Of a stretch of DNA of 64,000 bases, positions 8,446-18,840 are shown piece by piece. The position numbers and the translations under genes are program-made. Numbering within the stretch: the stretch's first letter is position 1; the number at the start of each line of letters is the position of its first letter. The notes under the pieces were generated by a model. That model had not been told where the DNA came from. It saw only the letters and a program-made list of their open reading frames with translations, and did not search any database. The stretch comes from Candidatus Latescibacterota bacterium (GTDB taxonomy: Bacteria > Latescibacterota > UBA2968 > UBA8231), in the NCBI GenBank assembly GCA_965242865.1, contig CBDETK010000013.1, positions 3,328,001 to 3,392,000 on the forward strand. The letters run 5' to 3'.

Positions 8446-9744
8446 TTAGCCAGCCGCCGAAGCCGCCTCGCGCAATGCCTGCCGAGTCCCAGCCAAGTCG
8501 AAACAGGCCTCTTGATTGCCGCGCATAAAGCGGGTCGCCAGCTCTATGGCTTCGGCTTCGGTCAGCAGGCCATCATCTACTTCGCCTTGGAGCGTGCGGG
8601 CGAGCCAGCGACGCGCCTGAATCGCGTAAGCCACCGAGCTGGTCGGCCAGCCCGTGTCGCCGCCAAAGGCGAAGAGCTTGGATGCGGGAGCGGCGTGGAT
8701 AAAGCGGCGCACAAAGTCGCACGCGCTGGCCGGGTCGATGGACCACGCCCAGCAGAGATCCGCGTACACGTTGCGGTAGTGTTTGGCCAGCGCGACCAAT
8801 TCGTTGGAATAGGGATAGGCAATGTGCATCAGCACAAAGCGGCAATCGAGGTAGCGAGCCAGCAAGGGGCAGAGGTGGCCGCTTTTAATGCGATCGACCG
8901 GCATGCGGTCGTTGCCTGCGTAGTAGCCGGTGTGGATCTTGAACGGCAGCTCGTACTCGATGGCCAGCTCGGTGCCCCGCGCCCAGCACCAGTCGCCCAA
9001 AAGCAACCGGCTCGGCTCGTCGAGCTCTGCGCCTCGGAGCAGGCGTTGGAGTACGCGCTCGGCGTCGGCGTCGGCACGCTCTTCCCAGCGCAACGTGCGG
9101 TTGTACGCGTGCTGCGCTTTGACCGCTATGGCATGGGGGCCGTGCTGGGCAAAAATCGCTTCCATGCCCTGCTTGAGGCTAGCCAAGCCCGTCACGACCA
9201 CGCCGGTTGCTCGCTCCATGGCCTCGGCGTCGATTTGGCCGTTGCAAAAGGTGGCCCAAGACAAGTCGTAGAGGAAAAAGTCCACGCCGGACTCGTCGGG
9301 CGGGCAGGGCCAAGAGAAGTCGTCGGTTTGCACGTGGTCTAGTCGGCCTACTTGGTTGAGCAGCTCGTAACGCCCGCCGGGCCGACGCCAAGCGTTGAGC
9401 TTTTCTTGCGCCTTGTGCAACTCGTCGCCGCTAAAATCGGCCATGCCATAGACCTCGTGCGCGAGGATGCGCACGGCCTCGCCGTAGCCGGTGAAGCGGA
9501 TGGCCGCAAAGGCCGAGCGGATGCGATCAAAGCGCGCGCCCAAGTCTGGATCGGCGGCATCGTTGAGCTTGTGCAAGTCCTCGCGGGTGGCACCCGCCGC
9601 GATCAGGTCGGCGGGCACGTAGTTGCCAAAAAGGTCTTGTAAAATGTCCGGGCCTTGCTCGACCCAGTCGCGCTCCCGGCGCAGATGTTCGTGCGTGTCG
9701 ATTAGCGGCGCGTCTGCTAGGTGCTGGTACAGGTCTGTGGCCAT
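8446..9744 (-). CDS. Amidohydrolase family protein
   Basis: LIDTHEH, KIHTG, LMHIAYP, FGGD metal-site motifs. Confidence 0.85.
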   Translation of the reverse strand: MATDLYQHLADAPLIDTHEHLRRERDWVEQGPDILQDLFGNYVPADLIAAGATREDLHKLNDAADPDLGARFDRIRSAFAAIRFTGYGEAVRILAHEVYGMADFSGDELHKAQEKLNAWRRPGGRYELLNQVGRLDHVQTDDFSWPCPPDESGVDFFLYDLSWATFCNGQIDAEAMERATGVVVTGLASLKQGMEAIFAQHGPHAIAVKAQHAYNRTLRWEERADADAERVLQRLLRGAELDEPSRLLLGDWCWARGTELAIEYELPFKIHTGYYAGNDRMPVDRIKSGHLCPLLARYLDCRFVLMHIAYPYSNELVALAKHYRNVYADLCWAWSIDPASACDFVRRFIHAAPASKLFAFGGDTGWPTSSVAYAIQARRWLARTLQGEVDDGLLTEAEAIELATRFMRGNQEACFDLAGTRQALREAASAAG

Positions 9745-9789
9745 GGCATTGCTCCGGTTTGAGGTGTCGCGTTTCCCAGCGGCTTTAAT

Positions 9790-10218
9790 ATGGACTGGCA
9801 TCCCTTCATCGTCCACTACCCCATCGCACTGTTGTCCCTGAGCCCACTGTGCGATCTAGGCGCGCTGTGGCTAGGACGCCGAGCCGGGCACCACCTAGCG
9901 TACGGCTTGCTGGTGTTGGGAGTGCTAGCGGCGACGGCCGGTGTGCTCAGCGGCAATGCGGCCGCGGCTACGGCTTGGGACGGACCAGCCGCCGCGCCAT
10001 TAGCCACCCACGAATCCCTCGCCACTTGGACCTTGTTTTTGGGATTGGGGGTCGTTCTCGGGCGCTTGCCCCTGCAGCTCAGGGGGCGGCTCGAAGGATG
10101 GCCGCTCTATGCGTGGATTGCCCTCGGCGTCCTGCTCGGTGGCTTGGTCTTGTGGACGGGCTACTGCGGTAGCGAACTGGTTTACATACACGGCTTGGGC
10201 GTGCGGGCCGATGGCTGA
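9790..10218 (+). CDS. DUF2231-like membrane protein
   Basis: HPFIVHYPIAL start, four hydrophobic segments, C-terminal ELVYIHGLGV. Confidence 0.75.
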   Translation: MDWHPFIVHYPIALLSLSPLCDLGALWLGRRAGHHLAYGLLVLGVLAATAGVLSGNAAAATAWDGPAAAPLATHESLATWTLFLGLGVVLGRLPLQLRGRLEGWPLYAWIALGVLLGGLVLWTGYCGSELVYIHGLGVRADG

Positions 10219-10294
10219 TCGATGGCTGGTTGACGCGGTTTGCTTGGCTTATTTTCGAGCCGCTACCAGCACTCAACGCCCCGAGGAGCAACCC

Positions 10295-11695
10295 GTGAAT
10301 CGCCCCAACATCCTGCTCATTATGACGGACGAACACGCGCCCATGTACAGCGGTCCCTACGGGCATCCGCTCGTGCAGACGCCCTTTATGGATCAACTAG
10401 CCGCCGAGGGCGCGACCTTTGCCAACTCCTATTGCAATTCCCCGCTCTGCCTGCCGTCGCGGATGTCGTTTATGACCGGCCGCTACATCAGCCCGATCCG
10501 GGCCTTTGACAATGCCAGCCCCTTGCCGTCGGATGCGGTCACTTGGGCCCATCGGCTGCGTGCGGTCGGCTACGATGTGGTCCTATCGGGCAAACAGCAC
10601 TTTTGCGGCCCGGATCAACTACACGGCTTCCGCGCCCAGCTAGCGCGCGATTTACACGCCGAGCTGTGGACCAAAAATGGCGTCCTGCGCGGCACCCCCG
10701 ACTGGAGCAAGGGCACGCCGCCAGCCAACAAGCCTTGGAGCGGCGTGACCGAGGCCGGGCCGGGGACGACCCTAGAGATCGAAGTGGACGATCTAGTAGA
10801 GGAACGAGCGCTGGCGTACCTGCGCGATCCGGCTCGCACGGAGCGGCCTTGGGCCCTAAATGTTTCGTTTATCGCGCCGCATTTTCCGCTCGTCGTGCCC
10901 GAGCGGTTTTTCAACCTCTATCCTCTCGACCAAATCGACATGCCGGAAATGCCCCCCGGCCACCTCGAAAACCAGCACCCGGTCCACCAGCGGATGCGGG
11001 CCATGTTTGGGGCGGGCCATTTTCCCGCCGAGCAGGTGCGCCGCGCCCGCGCCGGCTACTACGGGCTGATTACCTATCTCGACGAGAAGATCGGCCGCCT
11101 GCTCGCTGTCTTAGAGGAGACCGGCCAGCGCGACAACACATTCATCGCGCATTTCAGCGATCACGGGGAAATGAACGGCGAGCACGGGATGTGGCGAAAG
11201 TCGAGCCTGTACGAGGCGTCTGCCAAGGTGCCCCTGCAAATGGTCTATCCCGGGCACATTCCGGCCGGTCGGCGCATCGGCGAAGTGGTGTCGCTGGTCG
11301 ATCTGGTGGCGACCATCGTCGAACTCGCCGGCGCACCCAGCACGGGGCCGCTCGATGGCGATAGTCTGTTGGGCTTGCTGCAAGGGCGGGACGCGCACTG
11401 GAAAGACCAAGCATTTTCCGAATACCTTGCGCACGGCGTGGCGCGGCCAACGGCCATGTTGCGGCGCGGCCGCTACAAGCTCCACTACAGCTTAGGGGAT
11501 CCGCCCCAGTTATACGACGTAGAGGCCGATCCCAACGAGTTCGACGACCTAGCGAACCATCCGGCCCACGCGGCCCCCCTAGCCGACCTCCAAGAGCGGC
11601 TATTGTCCGAGTGGGACCCGGTCGCCTTAGAGAGGCAGGTGCGGCAAAGCCAACAGGATCGGCTCTTGATCGAGCGAGCCGCCCGCCTCGGCTGA
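10295..11695 (+). CDS. Sulfatase (choline-sulfatase-like)
   Basis: PNILLIMTDEH, CLPSR formylglycine motif, GKQH, SDHGEM.GEHG.WRK; GTG start after GAGGAG. Confidence 0.92.
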   Translation: MNRPNILLIMTDEHAPMYSGPYGHPLVQTPFMDQLAAEGATFANSYCNSPLCLPSRMSFMTGRYISPIRAFDNASPLPSDAVTWAHRLRAVGYDVVLSGKQHFCGPDQLHGFRAQLARDLHAELWTKNGVLRGTPDWSKGTPPANKPWSGVTEAGPGTTLEIEVDDLVEERALAYLRDPARTERPWALNVSFIAPHFPLVVPERFFNLYPLDQIDMPEMPPGHLENQHPVHQRMRAMFGAGHFPAEQVRRARAGYYGLITYLDEKIGRLLAVLEETGQRDNTFIAHFSDHGEMNGEHGMWRKSSLYEASAKVPLQMVYPGHIPAGRRIGEVVSLVDLVATIVELAGAPSTGPLDGDSLLGLLQGRDAHWKDQAFSEYLAHGVARPTAMLRRGRYKLHYSLGDPPQLYDVEADPNEFDDLANHPAHAAPLADLQERLLSEWDPVALERQVRQSQQDRLLIERAARLG

Positions 11696-11705
11696 ATGGC
11701 CAGCC

Positions 11706-13079
11706 ATGAATAACAGCTTCGTTTCCTTCGACGCCATGCAGCAGCGCGTGGTCAATATGCTCAAAAACGAGACAATTTCCGACGAGATTACTCCCATCTA
11801 CTTGGTGCGGGATCTGTTCGGAAAGGTGCGTATATCGGTGTCGGACGCAGTCCGAGAGAATAGTACGCTGCGACCGCGCAGCAAGCGTCGCCGGTTCGGC
11901 TACTCTCCCGTGTCGGACGCAGTCCAAGAGAATAGTACGCTGCAACGCCTCGCCGCTGGCCTACACAAAACGCTCGGCAAGCATGGCTACCCTGCGGACG
12001 ACGCCATGCTGTTCGTGGACGACGCCATGCTGCAAACACTCGACGACATGGCGCAAGCGCTCAAAGACGTGGCGCAAGAGATCCCGCCGGGCGTGTATTG
12101 GGTCGACCGCCTAGTAACCGGCCGCGATTGGTGGACCGTCGGCGATTTAGACCCGCAGAGGACGCCGATGCGCTACGCGCTGTTCTCGGTCAAAGGTGGT
12201 GTTGGACGCAGCACGACCGCCGCCGTTCTCGCGTGGCACTTGGTGCGCCGAGGCGAGCGAGTGCTAGTTGTCGATCTCGATCTGGAGTCGCCCGGGCTGT
12301 CGTCGGCCATGCTCGCACATAAGGAGCAGTCCGAATTCGGCGTCACCGATTGGTTCGTGGAGGACTTGGTTGGGCAAGGCGAGTGCGCGATTGAGCAAAT
12401 GACCGCAACTCCCGCGTGGGCGCAAGACTTTGAAGGCGACGTGTACGTAGTGCCCGCACATGGCAGTGAACCGGGCGAGTATCTGGCCAAGCTGGGGCGC
12501 GTCTATATGGACACACCGAATGAACCTTGGGCCGCACGTCTAGAACGGCTATTGAACGCCCTAGAAAACTATTGTAATCCGACCGTCGTTTTACTGGAGA
12601 GCCGTAGCGGATTGCACGACATTGCGGCGACGACTGTCACCCACCTCAATGCCGAGGTCCTGCTGTTTGCTGTCGACTCGGAGAGCAATTGGACGGATTA
12701 CAAAATCCTCTTCCGCCATTGGCAGACTCACGGCTTGGCTCCGAAAATCAGGGAACGCCTCTCGATGGTGTCCGCGCTGACGCCCGAGCTCAATACGAAA
12801 CAATACCTGTGCCGGTTTCAGGAGCAGGCGTGGGACCTGTTTCGGGACAACCTGTATGACGATGTGGACCCGTCAAACGAATCCGGGGCCGAGTTCTCCT
12901 TCGCACAGGACGCTGATCCCGCACCCCACAATCCGCTCCCCATTCACTGGACGCGCGGTCTCGCTGCGGGTGCCTCGTTGCGGAACCTAGAGACGACAAC
13001 CGTAGAGCAGGCCTACGCAGAATTTCTACGCCGCTTCGATCAACTTTTCAAAGTCGAGAACCGAGGAAAGGCACCATGA
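11706..13079 (+). CDS. ParA/MinD-like ATPase, KGGVGR-motif variant
   Basis: SVKGGVGRST, VVDLDLESPGL, ESRSG. Confidence 0.85.
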   Translation: MNNSFVSFDAMQQRVVNMLKNETISDEITPIYLVRDLFGKVRISVSDAVRENSTLRPRSKRRRFGYSPVSDAVQENSTLQRLAAGLHKTLGKHGYPADDAMLFVDDAMLQTLDDMAQALKDVAQEIPPGVYWVDRLVTGRDWWTVGDLDPQRTPMRYALFSVKGGVGRSTTAAVLAWHLVRRGERVLVVDLDLESPGLSSAMLAHKEQSEFGVTDWFVEDLVGQGECAIEQMTATPAWAQDFEGDVYVVPAHGSEPGEYLAKLGRVYMDTPNEPWAARLERLLNALENYCNPTVVLLESRSGLHDIAATTVTHLNAEVLLFAVDSESNWTDYKILFRHWQTHGLAPKIRERLSMVSALTPELNTKQYLCRFQEQAWDLFRDNLYDDVDPSNESGAEFSFAQDADPAPHNPLPIHWTRGLAAGASLRNLETTTVEQAYAEFLRRFDQLFKVENRGKAP

Positions 13080-14503
13080 CCACAATCGATATGAAGACAG
13101 CGCGCCAAGCACTCGCCGATCTGCCGGATGGGACGAGCCACGGCGAATCGCCAAAGCCTGAATCCGTATATCTGCCGCGATCCCATCTCAAGGCAACTGA
13201 CCCGAACAGCCTGCTCGTCACTGGGATGCGAGGAGCCGGAAAAACCTTCTGGTGGAGCGCACTTCAGGATAGCGATGTGCGTCAGCTAGTTGGGCAGTCC
13301 ACGGGTAAGGCGACCGTGACGCACACGGGATTCGGAGACCCCTCACGGGACGACTACCCGAGCAGAGACATATTGCAGGCTCTGATGAGCGATGGGGTTG
13401 ATCCGAGGATCTTATGGCGCACGGTACAAGCGTGGCAGCTTGCACCTAACAGTCATCCACTCCGACGACAAAATACATGGGCCGAGCGCGTGTATTATGT
13501 CTCCAACCACATAGAGCCGGTTGAGCACCTTTTTCGGGAATGCGACGATGAATTCAACCGACAAGGCGTCTATTGTCTAATTCTCTTCGATGCCCTAGAC
13601 CGTTGTGCCGACAACTGGCAGGACATGTATCGGATGATTCGCGGGCTACTGCAAACGGCACTCGACATGCGCGGCTACCAGCGGCTGCGGGTTAAGGTAT
13701 TTCTGCGGTCCGACCAAGTTGACCCGGCCAAGGTCGCCGATTTCCCCGACGCCTCAAAGGTCCTTTCTTCAGCCGTTGAACTGAACTGGCCTAGCCATGA
13801 GCTGTACGGCCTGTTATGGCACTACCTCGTCAATGGGCCGCACGGAGCCGATTTTCGCAGATTCCTCACAGGAGATGACGGTTGGTATGCCGTGAAAGCG
13901 GGCGGTCAGCGCGTATTCTCCGTACCGCGATCCTTAATCTCAAAAGGGGAAGATCAACGCGAAAAGTTCCATGTTATTGCCGGCCCATGGATGGGACGCG
14001 GCCCTAAACGCGGCTTTCCGTACACTTGGATTCCGAACCACTTAGCCGACACCGAAGGGCGGGTGAGTCCCCGCTCGTTTCTCGCGGCGTTGAAAACGGC
14101 GGCCGAAGACACCTCCGATTCGCACCCCGCCCACGACTACGCGCTGCATTACGACAGCATCAAGCGAGGGGTACAGAAAGCCTCAAAAATACGGGTCCGT
14201 GAAATCCAAGAGGACTATCCTTGGGTACACCAGATGCTATCTCCCCTTGAAGGTATGGTCGTGCCATGCGAGTTTGACGAAATCGCCAAATGTTGGCAGC
14301 GCGGCCCCCTCGCTGAAGAGGTCAAACAGGGCGAGGTAAAGTTGCCGCCTCGCCATATTGAGCAAGGCCCCGATGGCATTCGCGATGACCTCGAATCATT
14401 GGGAGTCTTCTTCCGCATGCGCGACGGACGGGTCAACATTCCAGACGTTTTCAGAGTGGGATACGGCCTCGGGCGAAGAGGCGGCGTCCGGCCGGTTCGC
14501 TGA
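13076..14503 (+). CDS. P-loop NTPase (STAND-like), coupled to the upstream ATPase
   Basis: Walker A GMRGAGKT, Walker B ILFDALD, KVFLRSD; ATGA overlap. Confidence 0.8.
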   Translation: MTTIDMKTARQALADLPDGTSHGESPKPESVYLPRSHLKATDPNSLLVTGMRGAGKTFWWSALQDSDVRQLVGQSTGKATVTHTGFGDPSRDDYPSRDILQALMSDGVDPRILWRTVQAWQLAPNSHPLRRQNTWAERVYYVSNHIEPVEHLFRECDDEFNRQGVYCLILFDALDRCADNWQDMYRMIRGLLQTALDMRGYQRLRVKVFLRSDQVDPAKVADFPDASKVLSSAVELNWPSHELYGLLWHYLVNGPHGADFRRFLTGDDGWYAVKAGGQRVFSVPRSLISKGEDQREKFHVIAGPWMGRGPKRGFPYTWIPNHLADTEGRVSPRSFLAALKTAAEDTSDSHPAHDYALHYDSIKRGVQKASKIRVREIQEDYPWVHQMLSPLEGMVVPCEFDEIAKCWQRGPLAEEVKQGEVKLPPRHIEQGPDGIRDDLESLGVFFRMRDGRVNIPDVFRVGYGLGRRGGVRPVR

Positions 14504-14521
14504 ATAGCTGCGGCATAACCC

Positions 14522-15604
14522 CTAGGCATCCGGCTCGTACTTCGGCTGCCTCGGCGCACGGTCCCGCTCCAGCCGATAGGCACTTCCGGCCAGTGGCAGC
14601 GTTACGCGGGCACCGCCGCGCTGGTGCGACTCGACAAATGCGAAAATCAGCTCGGTATTGGCCCGCGCCAGTTCTGCACCGCCGCGCGGCGGCTCGCCCG
14701 TATCGAGTGAGTGGACCAGATCTTCGACCAAGCAGAGCGTTGAAGCCCGGTGCTCGAAAGCAGGAAATTCCACCAAGCCCAGTATATCGCGGCCCCGGTG
14801 ATCGCGGGTTGCCGGTGCCCGCAACTGCCACTCCTTATCGTTGCCCAGTGCCGTCACCACGCCTTTTTCGCAGACGGCCTCCACTTCCATTCCCCGACCC
14901 GAATTGAGCGCGTACGCCGTGACCCCGTTGGCGAACTGGATAATGCCGTGCCCGACCGGGTCCTCGCGCAGGATATTCCCGTCGATTACTTCATCGCCAT
15001 TGGGCAAATGCGCCTGTACCCAAGCAGCGGGGGCGTCGGAGTTGAGACGCTGGAGCAGGTCAAAGCTGTGGCTGGCGCCGTTGAAGAGCGCACTGGTCTG
15101 GTGGATGACGAGGGTTTGCAACGCGCCGATTTCCCCGGAGTCAATGACGGCCTTCATTTGGTCGTAGCCGGGGTAGAAGCGGCGATTGGTTCCCATATTG
15201 AACACGACGCCGTGGCGCTGGCAGGCTTCGACCATGCGGTCGGCTTCGGCCAGCGAGGCCGCGAACGCCTTTTCCGCGTAAATCGCCCGAGCACCCGCTT
15301 CGGCCGCCGCCATGACGATCTCGGCCCGGTGCTCGGGCTGAGTGGCGACGCTGACGATGTCCGGGGCTTCGCGGGCGAGCATTGCGCGGTAGTCAGTGTA
15401 TTGCTTGTCCGCGGGAATGCCGTAGCGCTGGCCGACCCGCTCCATTACATCGACGCGCAGGTCCGAACAGGCGATGAGGTCCGTGCGCTCGCAAGCCTCG
15501 TACCCGGCGGCGTGCGAGTACGGGCGCATAGCGGGCGGAACCTCGTTGTCGATGAAAGCCCCCATGCGACTACAGCCGATGAGGACGGCTCTGTATTGGT
15601 TCAT
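14522..15604 (-). CDS. Gfo/Idh/MocA family oxidoreductase
   Basis: LIGCSRMG, DIVSVAT, AIYAEKA, NRRF. Confidence 0.9.
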   Translation of the reverse strand: MNQYRAVLIGCSRMGAFIDNEVPPAMRPYSHAAGYEACERTDLIACSDLRVDVMERVGQRYGIPADKQYTDYRAMLAREAPDIVSVATQPEHRAEIVMAAAEAGARAIYAEKAFAASLAEADRMVEACQRHGVVFNMGTNRRFYPGYDQMKAVIDSGEIGALQTLVIHQTSALFNGASHSFDLLQRLNSDAPAAWVQAHLPNGDEVIDGNILREDPVGHGIIQFANGVTAYALNSGRGMEVEAVCEKGVVTALGNDKEWQLRAPATRDHRGRDILGLVEFPAFEHRASTLCLVEDLVHSLDTGEPPRGGAELARANTELIFAFVESHQRGGARVTLPLAGSAYRLERDRAPRQPKYEPDA

Positions 15605-15618
15605 CACAAGCCTCCAAG

Positions 15619-17175
15619 TTAAAGCTGAGCCACGGCACGGAGTACCGTTGGGCCCAGCGTCTTGTTCGATTCTTTTCTTTTTACGTATTGGTATATATAA
15701 CCTAAGATCTCTTTTTGCAGCAAGTCTGCTCCGGTTTCTCTAGCCTTGAGGATTTCGAGCAGTTCTTTCGTCTGTCGCGTAACGAACTCTTCCTCGTCAT
15801 GATCGGGAAGAATGATGGGAGTTCGCAGGACGTATTTGGCCGAATTATTCGCGGAAGGATTGATCGCTTTAAGACATACCCAAAAGGGAGTGGAATTACA
15901 ATAAGCTAACAAAAACTCCAGACTGATTCTCTTTGGAAAAATTCCAACGATCGATTGATCGAATAGCGACTCCTGAATAAGTGATGCTGTTGGTTTTGTC
16001 GAGGTGACCATCGGAAAGCCAATTCCCTTTCTAAAGTAGTACGAAGAGTTCTGAAATCTTGCTTTTCGGTCGGACTTGTAATGGGCCACACACTCTTTAC
16101 TCCAGTTCACAAACCACATATTGGGCTTCAAAAAATGATAGCCTCCACCCTTGAGAATGGGGACAAACGTACGTCTTCCAGAAAGCCCGTTTAAGATATG
16201 TGGAACGCCTTCGGGCTGCCTCTCAATCCGATTGGAATCGACGATCTGATAGCCGTTTGATCGCTTGACTGAAATAGAAGCACACCGCAAAAAGTGTTTA
16301 TCATTTCCCGAGTAAAATCCAGTCGCGCAATCAGCAACATTAGCCACTGTTAATCCATTGCGAGATAACTCTTCTATCGCTATCTGTTCTGGAAAAACTG
16401 GAATGGTGTAACTATGAGTCTTCAAAATGTCCTTCTGTAGAAGGAAACTGGAATTTGCTTCGATATGATCAGGCGATTCAAATTCGCTTATTTCATCGAC
16501 AAACCTGAGTCGGAATGAGTGATTTGCTTTGGCCTTCTTCCGAGAGATTGAAACTATGCAAAGATCGGCATGGCCAAAAGAGATTCTTGGAAATAGGGAA
16601 GACTTGAACACATCTATCGTTTCAACGGAAAATTCTTTAAGAATATATTCTCTTAAAGATTCGTGTAGATGAAGGTAGAGAAATGTGTTTGGTATGATGA
16701 AAACCAGCTTTCCATTCTCCTTTAATAATCGCAAACATCTGAGCAGAAAAAGGGTATAGGTCTCACGGACGTAGAACCCCCGAAAACGCTTCTTCAAATC
16801 AGCTCTGCGCTCGCATTCTTGCCATCCGCCATAAGGGGGATTGGCAATAATTTTGCTAAAGCGTGGTCCCAATTTCTCTCGAAGTTCGAGATTGGGACAA
16901 AGTATGGTGTCCTCTTTAACTATTTGAACGGTAGGATCTTTAGAGAATTTCTTTTGCAGGTTGGAAATCTGATTGGAGTGAAGTTCATACGCAGTGATGT
17001 ATAGGTTGGAGTTCGCCTTTTGAACGGCCTCGATTAGATGACCGTCACCGGCTGCCGGCTCAAACACGGTATCACCCTCAACCAAATACAAGAGGCTAGC
17101 CATATATCTACCCAATGCCTCGTCGGCGGTGAAGAACGCCCGATATGGGTCTTTATGTCTTTCTCGAACTACCAT
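15619..17175 (-). CDS. DNA amino-methyltransferase, gamma class (Eco57I/TaqI-like)
   Basis: Motif I FEPAAGDG precedes motif IV IIANPPY; C-terminal TRD-like region; AT-rich. Confidence 0.9.
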   Translation of the reverse strand: MVVRERHKDPYRAFFTADEALGRYMASLLYLVEGDTVFEPAAGDGHLIEAVQKANSNLYITAYELHSNQISNLQKKFSKDPTVQIVKEDTILCPNLELREKLGPRFSKIIANPPYGGWQECERRADLKKRFRGFYVRETYTLFLLRCLRLLKENGKLVFIIPNTFLYLHLHESLREYILKEFSVETIDVFKSSLFPRISFGHADLCIVSISRKKAKANHSFRLRFVDEISEFESPDHIEANSSFLLQKDILKTHSYTIPVFPEQIAIEELSRNGLTVANVADCATGFYSGNDKHFLRCASISVKRSNGYQIVDSNRIERQPEGVPHILNGLSGRRTFVPILKGGGYHFLKPNMWFVNWSKECVAHYKSDRKARFQNSSYYFRKGIGFPMVTSTKPTASLIQESLFDQSIVGIFPKRISLEFLLAYCNSTPFWVCLKAINPSANNSAKYVLRTPIILPDHDEEEFVTRQTKELLEILKARETGADLLQKEILGYIYQYVKRKESNKTLGPTVLRAVAQL

Positions 17176-17907
17176 TCTAAATACTGTAGCAAATTATTAT
17201 CCGCAAAATGCTCCGCGGTCTCGGGGAGTAAATCCACGGCCCAGTCAATGTTGGAGGAGATCCACTCGCGCAACCCAAATCCGGTGTAATCGCCAATTTT
17301 GTTATAGGCATTCTCACTACAATAGGCCTCCCATACTTCGGAATTCTTCAAGGTCTGAAAATAGCGATTACTCTGATCTTCTCGCGCTCGGACGAGCAGG
17401 ATATTTTCGTAGTCATCCTCTAAATTGTGGTAGATCGTTGCTACCATTAACAACCGATTTGTGTTGCCCTTCTCATTTGATCCAAAACCACTCTTGAAAT
17501 CGATATTGACCTTTTTTCCACCGATCTCGGCATGGAAGTCAAGCTGGAGACTTATTTCGCCCGAGTCGACCAGAACCCAAACCTTTTCGTAGTATGCGAG
17601 AAGTTCTTCTTTTTGCTCAGACGACAGCGAAAGATCGGCAATATACTTCCCGATCTCTTTTCGCCGGCTTGATCGGACCTCAGAAAAAAGAGGAGGCACG
17701 AATGGCCTGATGTCTGCCACGGAATAGGAAAATGGAATGTGAACAAAACGCTCCCATAGTTCGCCAATTCTGCGAGAGAAGGCCATGTATTCGTATGGCC
17801 AAACTTGATTTCGAAGATCGAGCATTGCCACTTGTGTACAGTAGGTAGAAGCTAGAACTGAGTGCAATCTGTCTTCACTAGTCCACTCTTCTAATCTTGA
17901 CGTATTT
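17169..17907 (-). pseudogene. Probable type II restriction endonuclease, 5'-truncated at the IS
   Basis: LDFH...NIDFKSGF PD-(D/E)xK-like motif; frame stays open up to the IS end with no ATG or RBS; overlaps the MTase start. Confidence 0.7.
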
Positions 17908-18840
17908 AGAAGCGGTCTGAAAACTATATTTTTCTATTTGATTCGTTTAAGTACTAGGTGGATCATGGCGATCTGAATCAAGGCTTCGCTATGGCGCGTC
18001 AGGACCTCATACTCTCGGGCATGGCGTCTAAAATTCATCAACCATGCCCAGGTGCGCTCAACGACCCAACGCCGTTTGAGTACGGTACATCCGGGGCCTT
18101 GTTTGGCGACGATTTCCAAGTCGATCTTGTGCGTCTTTTTGAGGTTGGCCACCCATGTTCGGATCGCCGCGCCGCGATAGCCGCCATCGCCCCACAGTTT
18201 GCGTAACCGGGGAGTGCCGGTCGCCTGATAGCGGGTCAACACCTGCTTCAAGCCTGCCCGGTCTTCGACATCGGCGGCGGTGACCACCACCTGTTGAAGC
18301 AAGCCCAAGGAGTCGACTAATAGAGGACGTTTGCGTCCTTGGATTTTTTTCCGGCGTCATATCCAGTTGTTTTACCTTGGGTTGCAGTCTTTATCGTCTG
18401 GCTGTCGATACAGCCAGACGATGGCGTAGCCGCCCGGCCGGTACGACGACGTTCCTGCTGAGTGAGCCGACCCAACACCTGCGCCCAGACCCCTTGGCGA
18501 CTCCAGCGGCGGAAGGCATCATACACCGTCTTCCAAGGACCAAAACAAAGCGGCAACAACGCCCAAGGACAGCCGGCCTTCGTCAGATACAAAATACCAT
18601 GGACGATCGGGCGCCGGTCGCGCGGTGGCCGACCCGGACCCTTGGGACGCCAAATCGGAGCCGGCAGTACCGGTTCGATCGGCGGCCATTGCGCATCGGT
18701 TACATCGGTGGCATATTGACCATGCGGCGTACTCATTATACGAGCCTTTCTGTTCAGATTTTTTGGCGAAACCTGAAGATGGCTCAATGAGTACGCCAAC
18801 TCAAATACGCGATACATCACAGAGTTTTCAGACAGCTTCT
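17908..18840 (-). mobile_element. IS5-family insertion sequence
   Basis: 18-bp terminal inverted repeats AGAAGCGGTCTGAAAACT (17908-17925) and AGTTTTCAGACAGCTTCT (18823-18840), one mismatch. Confidence 0.92.
17934..18736 (-). CDS. IS5-family transposase in two frames joined by a -1 frameshift
   Basis: YATDVTDAQW, IDSQT, GYDAGKK|IQGRKR across an A7 run near 18344-18350, DGGY, RWVVERT. Confidence 0.88.

Noticed and set aside
11838-11943. Repeat-spacer-repeat (34/38/34 bp) as a mini-CRISPR
   Set aside because: Only two copies, inside an ORF and in frame; better explained as a duplication
11706-13079. Chromosome or plasmid partition locus
   Set aside because: No ParB or replication gene; deviant KGGVGR motif and an NTPase partner
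18317-18360. Transposase as a frameshifted pseudogene
   Set aside because: The break lies on an A7 run at the GKK motif, typical of programmed frameshifting in IS5-family elements
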